Shown here: positions 26,488-35,195 of the stretch, piece by piece
How the letters are laid out: each line of letters begins with the position of its first letter
Numbering within the stretch: the stretch's first letter is position 1
Source of the DNA: an uncultured Gemmatimonadales bacterium
Lineage (GTDB): Bacteria > Gemmatimonadota > Gemmatimonadetes > Gemmatimonadales > GWC2-71-9
DNA: 64,000 nucleotides
Direction of reading: 5' to 3'
NCBI GenBank assembly: GCA_963817715.1
Contig: CAWFPG010000005.1
Span: 641,187 to 705,186, forward strand
Notes under the pieces: model-generated
Databases searched by the model: none
Seen by the model: only the letters and a program-made list of their open reading frames with translations
Told to the model about the DNA's origin: nothing
Made by a program: the position numbers and the translations under genes

Positions 26488-27810
26488 TCACGCCTCGTCC
26501 TTCACCTCCAGCCGCACCGTGTCGACGCGCCGCCCGTCCATGGCGACAATCTCGAACTCGTGCCTGCCGAGGGTCACCCGATCGCCCACGCGGGGCAGGT
26601 GGCCGAGTTGGCCGAACAGCAACCCGCCCAGGGTGGTGTAGTCGCCGTCGTCGAGCGAGGCGCTGAAGCGGTTGTTGAAGTCGCTGATCGGCATCGCACC
26701 ATCGAGGGTGACCGAGCCGTCGATGCCGGCGGGCGACGGGTGCAGCTCCGGATCGTACTCGTCGTAGATCTCGCCGACGATCTCCTCCAGCAGGTCCTCC
26801 ATCGTCACCAGGCCGGCGGTGCCGCCGTACTCGTCGAGCACCAGCGCCATGTGGGTCTTGAGCCGCTTCATGTCGGTCAGCACGTCCTCCACCTCGCGGG
26901 TGCTGGGGACGAAGACCGGCTGCCGCATGATCCGGGCGATCGGGGTGCCGGGACTCTCGCGCAGGGCGCGGAGGATGTCCTTGGCGTGGACCACGCCGAC
27001 GACCTCATCGAGCGAGCCGGTGTAGACCGGATAGCGGGACCGACCGGCCGCCGCGACCTCGTCGGCGGCCGCCTCGACCGTGGCGTCGGCGGCGATCGCG
27101 GTGATCTCGGTCCGCGGGGTCATCACCTCCTCGGCGCGCTTCTCACTGAACTCGAAGACCCCCTCGAGCATCCGGGCGTCCTGGCTCCCCAGCGAGCCCC
27201 CCTCGCCGGACTGCTCGACCAGCATCCGGATCTCCTCGGCCGAGTGGAGTCGTTCGTGGTCCTGGGGCGCCCGGATGCCGATCAGCCGCAGCAGGGCATT
27301 GGCGGTGCCGTTGAGGATCGCGATCGGGAGGTGCATCACCCAGGCGAAGCCGATCAGCGGGATGATGATCCAGGCGGCGATCCGCTCGGGATAGAGCAGC
27401 GCCAGGGCCTTGGGCACCAGCTCGCCGAGAATGATGTGGAGTGTCGTGATCAGGGTGAACGCCACCGCGACCGCCGCGGTGTGGCCAGCGAGCACGGTGA
27501 GGATCCCCGGGGCATCGGTGAAGAGGGCCTCGAAGAGGTGGGCCAGCGCCGGCTCGCCGATCCAGCCCAGGCCGAGCGAGGCCAGGGTGATGCCGAGCTG
27601 GGTGGCGGAGATGTAGCGGTCGAGGTGTTGGACCGCCTCGAGGGCCAGCCTAGCTTTGCGGTCTCCGGTCTGGGCGTACTCCTCCAGCCGGGTCCGCCGG
27701 GCGCCCACCAGGGCGAACTCGGCGGAGACGAAGTAGGCGTTGGCCAGCACCAGCGCCAGGACGGCGATGATGCCCGCGGCAGTCGGCGTGGGCGCTAACG
27801 GGGGTTCCAT
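26488..27810 (-). CDS. HlyC/CorC (CNNM) family transporter: DUF21 + CBS pair + CorC_HlyC
   Basis: From MEPPLAPTPTAAGIIAVLALVLANAYFVSAEFALVGARR, with a CBS region and C-terminus RVGDRVTLGRHEFEIVAMDGRRVDTVRLEV. Confidence 0.85.
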   Translation of the reverse strand: MEPPLAPTPTAAGIIAVLALVLANAYFVSAEFALVGARRTRLEEYAQTGDRKARLALEAVQHLDRYISATQLGITLASLGLGWIGEPALAHLFEALFTDAPGILTVLAGHTAAVAVAFTLITTLHIILGELVPKALALLYPERIAAWIIIPLIGFAWVMHLPIAILNGTANALLRLIGIRAPQDHERLHSAEEIRMLVEQSGEGGSLGSQDARMLEGVFEFSEKRAEEVMTPRTEITAIAADATVEAAADEVAAAGRSRYPVYTGSLDEVVGVVHAKDILRALRESPGTPIARIMRQPVFVPSTREVEDVLTDMKRLKTHMALVLDEYGGTAGLVTMEDLLEEIVGEIYDEYDPELHPSPAGIDGSVTLDGAMPISDFNNRFSASLDDGDYTTLGGLLFGQLGHLPRVGDRVTLGRHEFEIVAMDGRRVDTVRLEVKDEA

Positions 27811-27859
27811 GATCCCCGAAGGGTAACGGCCCCCCATCCGGGGGGCGAGGGAGTCGCGG

Positions 27860-28729
27860 GTGACGAAGAAGCTGGCCCTGGTCCTGGCCCTGACGGCGGT
27901 GTTCCTGCTGGTGGAGATCGTGGGCGGTCTCCTGAGCGGGTCGCTGGCGCTGCTGGCCGATGCCGGACACATGGCCACCGATGTTGCCGCGCTGACCCTG
28001 GCGATGATCGGAGCCCAGATCGCCCAGCGCCGGGCCGCGCCGGCCCACAAGTTCGGCAACCTCCGCTGGGAGGTGCTGGCCGCGCTGATCAACGGGCTGA
28101 TTCTCGCCGCGGTGGCGGTGGGGATCTCGATCGAGGCGCTCGACCGCCTTCGCCAGCCGCAGCCGATCAATGCGCTGCTCTTCGGGGGGGTGGCCGTCGC
28201 CGGATTGGTGGTCAACGTGGTCGCCCTGCGGCTGCTCCACGGCCACCACCACGACGACCTCAATGTCCGCGGCGCCTACCTCCATATCATGGGCGACGTG
28301 CTGGGCTCGCTCGGCGCGATCGCCGCTGCGGTGGTGATCGAGTTCACCGGCTGGCTCCCGGCCGACCCGATCATCTCGGCGCTGATCTCGCTGCTGATCC
28401 TCGGCTCGGCGTGGCGGCTGATTCGCGACTCGGGCCGGATCCTGCTCGACCAGGTGCCCCCCGACGTCGAGGTGCCGGCCGTTGAGGGCCGGATGCTGGC
28501 GGTCGAGGGGGTCGATCGGGTCCACGACGTCCATGTCTGGACCGTCACCTCAGGCCTGGTGGCGATGAGCGCCCACGCGGTGGTGCCCGATCTCGAGGCC
28601 CATCCCGCCACCCTCAGGCGGTTGGGCGACGAGATGGCGGCGTTCGGGTTTGGTCACGTCACGATCCAGCTCGAGACCGGTGGCCCCTGTCAGGGGGAGG
28701 AGTGCGGCGATCACACCCCGGTGCGCTGA
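27860..28729 (+). CDS. Cation diffusion facilitator (CzcD/ZitB-like) metal efflux protein
   Basis: LLADAGHMATDVAAL, HGHHHDDLNVRGAYLHIMGDVLGS, VHDVHVWTV. GTG start. Confidence 0.88.
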   Translation: MTKKLALVLALTAVFLLVEIVGGLLSGSLALLADAGHMATDVAALTLAMIGAQIAQRRAAPAHKFGNLRWEVLAALINGLILAAVAVGISIEALDRLRQPQPINALLFGGVAVAGLVVNVVALRLLHGHHHDDLNVRGAYLHIMGDVLGSLGAIAAAVVIEFTGWLPADPIISALISLLILGSAWRLIRDSGRILLDQVPPDVEVPAVEGRMLAVEGVDRVHDVHVWTVTSGLVAMSAHAVVPDLEAHPATLRRLGDEMAAFGFGHVTIQLETGGPCQGEECGDHTPVR

Positions 28730-28739
28730 TCGGGGGCCG

Positions 28740-29303
28740 CTACGGGTTGCCGCTCACCGCCCGGAAGTGGCCCGTGACGGGGAACGTCTCGGCGTCCGGA
28801 TCGACCTGGGTCGGGATCGACGTCATGTCGAATTTCAGTCGACCCTCGATGAAGGTGCTGCCGACCGTGATGGAGTCGACCCCGATGGTGGCTGTCGGGA
28901 TGGTGTAGGTGATTGCGTGCACCACGTCGACCGTCCCCTCCGCGCGCCGCGATGACGACGCCGTCCCACCCACCACGGCCGCGTGCTGCGTTCCGTCGGA
29001 CCCGGTTTGTATCGCCCCGATGCGGAGCGTCAGGGTACCCACCGGCCGGCCGGTGAGAGGAGCCGCGCCGAGATAGATCAAGCCAGCGTTCGGTTCCCAG
29101 CTGGTGCTCACGCCGCCTGTTCCATCCAGGATCCGCATCTCGCTCGAGAGACTGTCCCCGATGGAGATGAGGTAATTGCCTCCTTCGCCGGGGGTTGGGT
29201 CGGGGTTGTTGGGGTTGCTCGGGTTGCCGGGGCTGGTCGGGCCGGCGCTGCATCCGAGGGAGAGCAGCAGGGCCGTGGCGGACAACAGGAAGGCAGGACG
29301 CAT
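28740..29303 (-). CDS. Hypothetical lipoprotein
   Basis: MRPAFLLSATALLLSLGCSAG lipobox followed by a Pro/Asn/Gly linker. High GC3. No recognisable family. Confidence 0.55.
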   Translation of the reverse strand: MRPAFLLSATALLLSLGCSAGPTSPGNPSNPNNPDPTPGEGGNYLISIGDSLSSEMRILDGTGGVSTSWEPNAGLIYLGAAPLTGRPVGTLTLRIGAIQTGSDGTQHAAVVGGTASSSRRAEGTVDVVHAITYTIPTATIGVDSITVGSTFIEGRLKFDMTSIPTQVDPDAETFPVTGHFRAVSGNP

Positions 29304-29408
29304 CGTGGGACCACCTCGTTGGGGTTCGCCCTCCTCAACGCAGGACCCCCCGCCAGCCCGCCAACAGGGCGGGAGCACCCCCGGTGCCTTGCGGCACGTG
29401 GGGGTGTC

Positions 29409-29420
29409 CCATATATATGG
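29409..29420. promoter_or_regulatory. Perfect AT-core palindrome CCATATATATGG, 40 nt upstream of the typA start
   Basis: The only 8-nt pure A/T stretch seen in this otherwise G/C-saturated divergent intergenic region. Candidate -10/UP element or operator. Confidence 0.35.
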
Positions 29421-29460
29421 CGCCCTTGAGCCGTTGTGGCTCGGTGAAAGGCTGTATCAG

Positions 29461-31314
29461 GTGCAGATCCGCAACATCGCCATCATTGCGCACGTCGACC
29501 ATGGCAAGACGACGCTGGTGGACCAGATGCTCCGGCAGGCCGGGGCGTTCCGGGCCAACCAGCAGGTCGAGGAGCGCGTGATGGATTCCAACCCGCTCGA
29601 GAAGGAGCGGGGCATCACGATCCTGGCCAAGAACACCGCCGTTCAGTGGCACGGTACCAAGATCAACATCGTCGACACCCCCGGCCATGCCGATTTCGGT
29701 GGTGAGGTGGAGCGGATCCTCAGGATGGTCGACGGGGTGCTGATCCTGGTCGATGCCGCCGAGGGGCCGATGCCGCAGACCCGGTTCGTGACTCGCAAGG
29801 CGCTGGCGCTGGGGCTCCAGCCGATCGTGGCGATCAACAAGATCGACCGGGCCGACGCCGAGCCGATGCGGGTGCACGATGAGGTGCTGTCGCTCTTCCT
29901 CGACCTCGAGGCCACCGAGCAGCAGCTCGACTGCCCGTTTCTCTACACCTCCTCGCGGGCCGGCACCGCCACCGTCGAGCTCGACCAGCCTGGCGATTCG
30001 CTCGCACCGCTGTTCGACACGATCCTGGCCACGGTGCCGGAGCCGACCGGCGACCCCACCCACCCGTTCCAGATGCTGATCTCGACCCTCGACTTCTCGA
30101 CCTTCCTCGGCCGGATCGCCATCGGTCGGGTCGAGCAGGGCCGGATCGCGGTGGGCGACCACGTGGCGCTGTTGCCGCTCGGCGAGCCGGGAATGATGGG
30201 CGACGAACCCGGGGTACAGCAGGGCCGGGTCACCAGGCTCTACACCTTCGATGGTCTGGCCCGGGTCGAGGTCAAGGAGGCCGGAGCAGGCGACATCGTC
30301 GCGCTGGCCGGCTTCGACGGGATCGAGATCGGCAAGACCTTCACCGCGATCGACCATCTCGAACGGCTGGCCGGGATCGCGGTGGAGGAGCCGACGATCT
30401 CGGTCGACTTCATCGTCAACTCGAGCCCGTTCGCCGGGCGCGAGGGGAAGTATGTGACCTCGCGGCAGCTCCGCGACCGGCTCTTCAAGGAGCTGGAGCG
30501 GAACGTCGCCCTCCGGGTCGAGCCGACCCCGTCGCCCGACACCCACGCCGTGAGCGGGCGGGGCGAACTCCACCTCGGCATCCTGATGGAGACGATGCGC
30601 CGCGAGGGCTACGAGTTCCAGGTGAGCCGACCCCGGGTGATCCTCAAGGAGGGGCCCTCGGGCGAGCGGTTGGAGCCCTACGAGGAACTGATCGTCGACG
30701 TTCCCGAGGAGCACATGGGCGTCGTGATGGAGAAGCTGGGACCGCGCCGCACGGAAATGATCGAGATGCGAAACCCGGGGCAGGGGATGGTCCGTCTGAC
30801 CTTCAAGATCCCGTCGCGTGGGCTCTTCGGGTACCGGTCGGAGTTCCTGACCGACACCCGGGGCACCGGGATCATCCACCACCGCTTCCTGGAGTACGGG
30901 CCCTGGGCAGGGCCGCTGACCGGGCGCAAGCGGGGGGTGCTGGTCGCGGACCGGGAGGCCTCGGTGGTCGCCTATGCCCTCGGCAACCTGCAGGAGCGGG
31001 CCCAGCTGTTCGTGGCCCCGGGCGAACATGTGTACGAGGGGATGATCGTCGGCGAGAATTCGCGGCCGGGCGACATGGACGTGAACGTGGGCAAGGAGAA
31101 GAAGCTCACCAACATGCGCACCACGGCCACCGACGACAACGTCCTCCTCGAGCCGCCTCGGGAGATCACCCTCGAGTATGCCATGGAGTACATCGAGGAG
31201 GACGAGCTCATCGAGGTGACACCGGAGCACATCCGGCTCAGGAAGCGGCTGTTGCAGGCAAACGATCGCAAGCGGGCTCAGCGGGCGGCCAACCGGGTGG
31301 CCGACACCCCATGA
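29461..31314 (+). CDS. typA: Translational GTPase TypA/BipA
   Basis: From GTG 29461: [43 protein letters not shown]. About 617 aa. Confidence 0.95.
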   Translation: MQIRNIAIIAHVDHGKTTLVDQMLRQAGAFRANQQVEERVMDSNPLEKERGITILAKNTAVQWHGTKINIVDTPGHADFGGEVERILRMVDGVLILVDAAEGPMPQTRFVTRKALALGLQPIVAINKIDRADAEPMRVHDEVLSLFLDLEATEQQLDCPFLYTSSRAGTATVELDQPGDSLAPLFDTILATVPEPTGDPTHPFQMLISTLDFSTFLGRIAIGRVEQGRIAVGDHVALLPLGEPGMMGDEPGVQQGRVTRLYTFDGLARVEVKEAGAGDIVALAGFDGIEIGKTFTAIDHLERLAGIAVEEPTISVDFIVNSSPFAGREGKYVTSRQLRDRLFKELERNVALRVEPTPSPDTHAVSGRGELHLGILMETMRREGYEFQVSRPRVILKEGPSGERLEPYEELIVDVPEEHMGVVMEKLGPRRTEMIEMRNPGQGMVRLTFKIPSRGLFGYRSEFLTDTRGTGIIHHRFLEYGPWAGPLTGRKRGVLVADREASVVAYALGNLQERAQLFVAPGEHVYEGMIVGENSRPGDMDVNVGKEKKLTNMRTTATDDNVLLEPPREITLEYAMEYIEEDELIEVTPEHIRLRKRLLQANDRKRAQRAANRVADTP

Positions 31315-31574
31315 CCATCACTTACCCGGGAAACCTTTCGGAGGTCACCATGTCGGCGTGGGAGGCGTCCCTCGAGGCGGCGCTGGACGAGGAGGAGTTC
31401 GTCATGAAGCGGCGGTTCGATGAGGATGGGAACGAGGATTTCGACTTTGATGACGACGCGGACGACGATGACGACGAGGACGACGACGAGTTCGACGACG
31501 ATGACGACGATGACGAGGACGAGGACGAAGACTACGACGACTTCTCATTCGGCGATGACGACGACGACAGCTGA
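31311..31574 (+). CDS. Small extremely acidic protein (87 aa; C-terminal half almost pure Asp/Glu with DFDF and DDFSFG aromatic islands)
   Basis: ATGA overlap with the typA stop. In-frame (GAC/GAT/GAG)n. Followed by hairpin 31607-31636. No family recognised. Confidence 0.6.
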   Translation: MTITYPGNLSEVTMSAWEASLEAALDEEEFVMKRRFDEDGNEDFDFDDDADDDDDEDDDEFDDDDDDDEDEDEDYDDFSFGDDDDDS

Positions 31575-31606
31575 TTCCCGCGGTTGATCCCCCCTCGCCA
31601 ATGCCT

Positions 31607-31636
31607 CCGCCCCGGCCGCTCCCGCGGTCGGGGCGG
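31607..31636. terminator. GC hairpin CCGCCCCG..CGGGGCGG between convergent genes
   Basis: 8-bp perfect stem with a 14-nt loop, 33 nt after the acidic-ORF stop and 14 nt from the AI-2E-family stop. Confidence 0.5.
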
Positions 31637-31649
31637 AGTCGTGCCCGGC

Positions 31650-32711
31650 TCAGCGGTCGAGCAGGACCGCGATCGGGTGCAGGCGCTCCACCCTGGCGAA
31701 GATCACCTGGAGCATCACGGTGAGCGGCACCGCCAGGAGGGCGCCAGCACCGCCCCAGACCCAGCCCCAGTAGAGCAGGCTCAGGAACACCGCCACCGGA
31801 TTGAGCGGCAGGTGACGACCCATCAGGTGCGGGGTCACCAGGTTGCCCTCGATGGTGTTGATCGCCACGCAACCGCCCACCACCAGCAGGACGCCGGTGG
31901 TACTGGTGAGCGTCACCAGCGCGACGGCCCCGATCAGCAGCACGGTGAGCAGGGCACCGGCGTAGGGGATGTAGTTGAGCAGGTACGCCACCACGCCCCA
32001 GAGCAGCGGGTTGGGCAGTCCCGCGATCGCCACCAGCGCTCCGGTGGCCACCCCAACGCCCGCGCTCGTGAGGGTGTTGATGAGCATGTACCGCGACATC
32101 TGCAGCTCGAGCTCGGCCAGGACCGCTTCCATGTTCGCGACACCGGCGCGGTGCTCGATCAGCGACGCGATCTTCCTCCGGAAAACCGGTAGCGTCGCGA
32201 GGAGGAAAAAGGTCAGGAACACGACGGTACCGGCCGTGGCGACCACACTGGTGGTGCTGATGCTGAGGCGCTGCAGCAGGCCCGGCGTCTTCAGTTGCAC
32301 CGTCGGGGGATCGCCCGGCCCGCCGGTTCCCGTGGCGCGGTCCACCTTGCGCGCGGTCTCCTGGATCGGCCGGATCATCCGCTCGAGCTTGGTCTTCACC
32401 CGGGCCAGGGAGGCCGGCGCGCGCTCGACCCACGTCACGGCCGGGCCGGCAAGCACCACGACGCCGGTGATCACGCCACCAAGCATCCCGAAGACCACCA
32501 AGGCGGCCGCCAGTTGGGTGGACACGCCGAGACGGTGCAGTGCTTGCACTGGCCGATCGAGCAGCAGGGTCAGCAGCCCGGCAATGGCGATCGGCAGCAG
32601 CAGGGTGGCCCCGAGGCGGAGTGCCGCCGTGAGGAGAATCAGGAAGATCCCGATCTGGAGCATGGTGGTGACTGGCGGACCGGGGATCCGGGGCGTGTCA
32701 GGGGCGGTCAT
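31650..32711 (-). CDS. AI-2E family transporter (PerM/UPF0118)
   Basis: 353 aa from ATG 32711. Multi-TM profile with GVVAYLLNYIPYAGALLTVL and the C-terminal block VAVFLSLLYWGWVWGGAGALLAVPLT. Confidence 0.75.
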   Translation of the reverse strand: MTAPDTPRIPGPPVTTMLQIGIFLILLTAALRLGATLLLPIAIAGLLTLLLDRPVQALHRLGVSTQLAAALVVFGMLGGVITGVVVLAGPAVTWVERAPASLARVKTKLERMIRPIQETARKVDRATGTGGPGDPPTVQLKTPGLLQRLSISTTSVVATAGTVVFLTFFLLATLPVFRRKIASLIEHRAGVANMEAVLAELELQMSRYMLINTLTSAGVGVATGALVAIAGLPNPLLWGVVAYLLNYIPYAGALLTVLLIGAVALVTLTSTTGVLLVVGGCVAINTIEGNLVTPHLMGRHLPLNPVAVFLSLLYWGWVWGGAGALLAVPLTVMLQVIFARVERLHPIAVLLDR

Positions 32712-32793
32712 GACGCCAGGACATGGATGGGAAGCGGCACCGCGCGACAGGGGCTGCGGGGAAGCATGGGGGCGTCGTCGCGGCTCGCGGTCG

Positions 32794-33264
32794 TCAGATC
32801 GTGAAGTTGAGGCCCGCGGCGAGCTGGCCGGTCGAGCCGTTGTTGGCCGTGAAACGGAACTCGCCGAACGGGTGCACCCGGCCGCGGAGCGACTCCGCAC
32901 CGATGAAGGCATTCACGCCCATGTCGGTGCGTGAGTCTCCGTTGCCGCGCCGCGCCACATTGAGGCCCGTCCCCAGATAGAGCCAGTCGCCGGAGTGGGT
33001 CCCGATGCGATACTTGAGGTCGACGTTGAGGTTCGAGGCCGACCCATGATCCACCAGGAAGATGTCGAACGAGGGGTAGAACTCCAGGTGGTGTGCGATC
33101 GGGGCGCTGAACTGGGCGCCGAGCCCGACATCCTTCAGGTCGAACTGATAGGACACACGCGGGCCGAGGTGCATCTTGCTGGTCTGCGCCTGGACGGCAC
33201 CGGTGCCGACGATCGTGGCCGACAGCGCGAGCATGGTGAGCGGGTGGAACAAGCGGAACCGCAT
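32794..33264 (-). CDS. Small outer-membrane beta-barrel protein (porin-family/OmpW-like size)
   Basis: Signal peptide MRFRLFHPLTMLALSATIVGTGAVQAQ, then an alternating hydrophobic strand pattern. 156 aa. Confidence 0.55.
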   Translation of the reverse strand: MRFRLFHPLTMLALSATIVGTGAVQAQTSKMHLGPRVSYQFDLKDVGLGAQFSAPIAHHLEFYPSFDIFLVDHGSASNLNVDLKYRIGTHSGDWLYLGTGLNVARRGNGDSRTDMGVNAFIGAESLRGRVHPFGEFRFTANNGSTGQLAAGLNFTI

Positions 33265-33396
33265 GGACTCTCCTGGGACGGGGATCGGGGGATCCCCGAA
33301 GGCTAGTCCGCGCGCCAGGTCTTCACCATCGCTCGTCAGGGGGAGTGGTGGAGCTCGATCGTTAGGATGGTTTCGAGTGACACCGTGTCCGGTCCG

Positions 33397-34110
33397 CTAT
33401 TTCGCGCGCCGTCGATGACGGAACGCGGCCACCTCGAGACGGCTCCGCAGGGCCAGTTTCTCGAGGACGTTGTGGACGTGGCTCTTGACGGTGTGCACCG
33501 CAATCTCGAGCCGGGTCGCGATCTCCTTGTTGCTGAGCCCCTCGCCGAGCAGGTCGACCACCTCGACCTCGCGCGGAGTCAGCTGCACCGACTCGAGGAG
33601 CTGCTCGGGGTCGCCGGCCGGCAGGTTGGCCACGATCTGGGTGAAGAGCGAGTTCGCCAGTGCCTCGGGCAGCACTTCGGTGCCCGCCGCCACGGCTCGG
33701 ATGGTCGCGAAGAATTCGTCGAACGACGCGTTCTTCATGATGAAGCCGGACGCCCCTGCCCGCACGAAGTTGGCGACATCCTCCTGGCTCGCGAGCAAAC
33801 CCATGACGATCACCCGAGCCGATGGCACGTCACGATGAATCGTTGCCGTCAAGGCAAGGGTGTCGTGGTCCTCCAGCCCGAGGTCCACCAGGACGACCTC
33901 GGGACTTGCCTCACGCACCTTGGCCAGCGCCTCGGTCGCGTCGGCCGAGGCCGTCAGCACCTTGAAGCCGGGTTGGCTGCGGATCATCAGCGTGATGCCC
34001 TCGCGCAGCAGCCGGTTGTCGTCGATCACGACCAGGGAGATCGTCGCCGGGGTGGCCTTGGAGGCGCTCTTGCGAGGCCTGGCCGTGGTCCGTCGTGCGG
34101 CCTTCTTCAT
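33397..34110 (-). CDS. NarL/LuxR-type response regulator (paralog 1) with basic S/T/P-rich N-terminal tail
   Basis: MKKAARRTTARPRKSASKATPATIS tail, receiver VVIDDN..VVLVDLGL, and LuxR HTH LTPREVEVVDLLGEGLSNKEIATRLEIAVHTVKSHVHNVLEKL. Confidence 0.88.
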   Translation of the reverse strand: MKKAARRTTARPRKSASKATPATISLVVIDDNRLLREGITLMIRSQPGFKVLTASADATEALAKVREASPEVVLVDLGLEDHDTLALTATIHRDVPSARVIVMGLLASQEDVANFVRAGASGFIMKNASFDEFFATIRAVAAGTEVLPEALANSLFTQIVANLPAGDPEQLLESVQLTPREVEVVDLLGEGLSNKEIATRLEIAVHTVKSHVHNVLEKLALRSRLEVAAFRHRRRAK

Positions 34111-34285
34111 GTGTCGCGCTCCTCGCCCGTCCCCATGCGGTGCTGCCTGATCCACGCGTTGAGCGGCGTCGGCCCGCGCCACATCGACGGGGTGGGAAGG
34201 GCCGTTGGCGGCGGGCTGCCCCAGGGCAGGGAACGGCTTCTCCCGGTGGTGGACATCGGGCGTCTCACGAATTCCCGCCCGGCGA

Positions 34286-34435
34286 TCAGAGGGCTCGGCG
34301 GCCGCGGATCACCCGCAGGATCACCACCACCAAGGCGATCACGAGGAGCACGTGCACCACGCCGCCCATCGTGTAGCCGGTCATCATGCCCATCGCCCAC
34401 AGGATCAGGAGGATGACGATCAGGGTTTCGAGCAT
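34286..34435 (-). CDS. lmo0937-family small membrane protein (49 aa)
   Basis: MLETLIVILLILWAMGMMTGYTMGGVVHVLLVIALVVVILRVIRGRRAL matches the remembered pattern of this family. Internal ATG of track ORF 34286..34549. Confidence 0.65.
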   Translation of the reverse strand: MLETLIVILLILWAMGMMTGYTMGGVVHVLLVIALVVVILRVIRGRRAL

Positions 34436-34799
34436 TGGGAATCTCCGATGATGGGGCTGGTGGCATGCCGCGTCCGTGTCGTGGTGGTGCCGATCTCTGC
34501 CGTGTCGGGCCACGTGCACGAAGGACAGGCCGGGGGTCCGGCCCGTCACGCGAGGCCAGATGGAGGAAAGGTGCCCGGCCAGATGCAGGTGGACAATCGC
34601 TCCAACGACGGATCTTCCAGCGAGTTGTTCGAGACCGGCCGACGCCGGAGGATCGCACTGGATCGCGCCCGGCGCCCTCGCTCAAGGGGACTAATTCTCC
34701 TTCCTCCCTAGGAGCGATTGGTGCGCAAGGATCCCCAGGGTAGCGTTCGGGACGCGGGGCCGCACTCGGTCCCGCGACCGTCCTTCCGAGGAGTACCCT

Positions 34800-35156
34800 G
34801 TGTCCAAGCACATCCCGATCACCCTGGTCGCGGCACTCGCCACGATAGCCCTCAGCACTCCCCTCGTCGCGCAGGCGCGCAGCACGGTGACCCCGTCGAG
34901 TCTCGATGCGGCGGTCACGGCCCAGGCCCCCGGAAGTCGAGCCGCCCTGACGGCAGCGCTCGCGACGGACCGGAGCCTTGCGGCCGCCGGCCGGCTCGGG
35001 TTGACGGCCGACGACATCGCCACCCGGGTGGCCACCCTCGACGATGCCACGGTGCAGCAGCTGACCGATCGCCTCCTGGTCGGCGGCGCCAATGTCGTGA
35101 TCAGCACCACCGCGATCATCATCGTGCTGTTGATCCTGATCCTGCTGACCACCTGA
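34800..35156 (+). CDS. PA2779-like secreted, C-terminally anchored protein
   Basis: GTG start after GAGGAG. Signal peptide MSKHIPITLVAALATIALSTPLVAQA. LGLTADDIATRVATLDDATVQQLTDRLLVGG is followed by the TM VVISTTAIIIVLLILILLTT. Resemblance to PA2779-family proteins is from memory only. Confidence 0.6.
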   Translation: MSKHIPITLVAALATIALSTPLVAQARSTVTPSSLDAAVTAQAPGSRAALTAALATDRSLAAAGRLGLTADDIATRVATLDDATVQQLTDRLLVGGANVVISTTAIIIVLLILILLTT

Positions 35157-35195
35157 TGACGTGAGGGCGGCGAGGCTGCCAACGGCGATCACCGT

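Noticed and set aside
31430-31570. (GAC/GAT/GAG)n tract as a non-coding microsatellite
   Set aside because: It is in frame with an ATG that overlaps the typA stop, is interrupted by aromatic codons and is followed by a hairpin. It is therefore kept as a probable CDS, although expression is unproven.
31402-32433. 343-aa minus-strand ORF antisense to the acidic ORF and overlapping the AI-2E transporter gene
   Set aside because: It overlaps the well-supported transporter in another frame. Its Arg/His-rich tail is simply the complement of the (GAC)n tract.
34436-34799. 365-nt divergent gap examined for a riboswitch, sRNA or small ORF (e.g. ORF 34476..34694)
   Set aside because: No recognisable riboswitch consensus was seen. 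The candidate ORFs have poor GC3 phase and Cys/Arg-rich translations. It is left unannotated.
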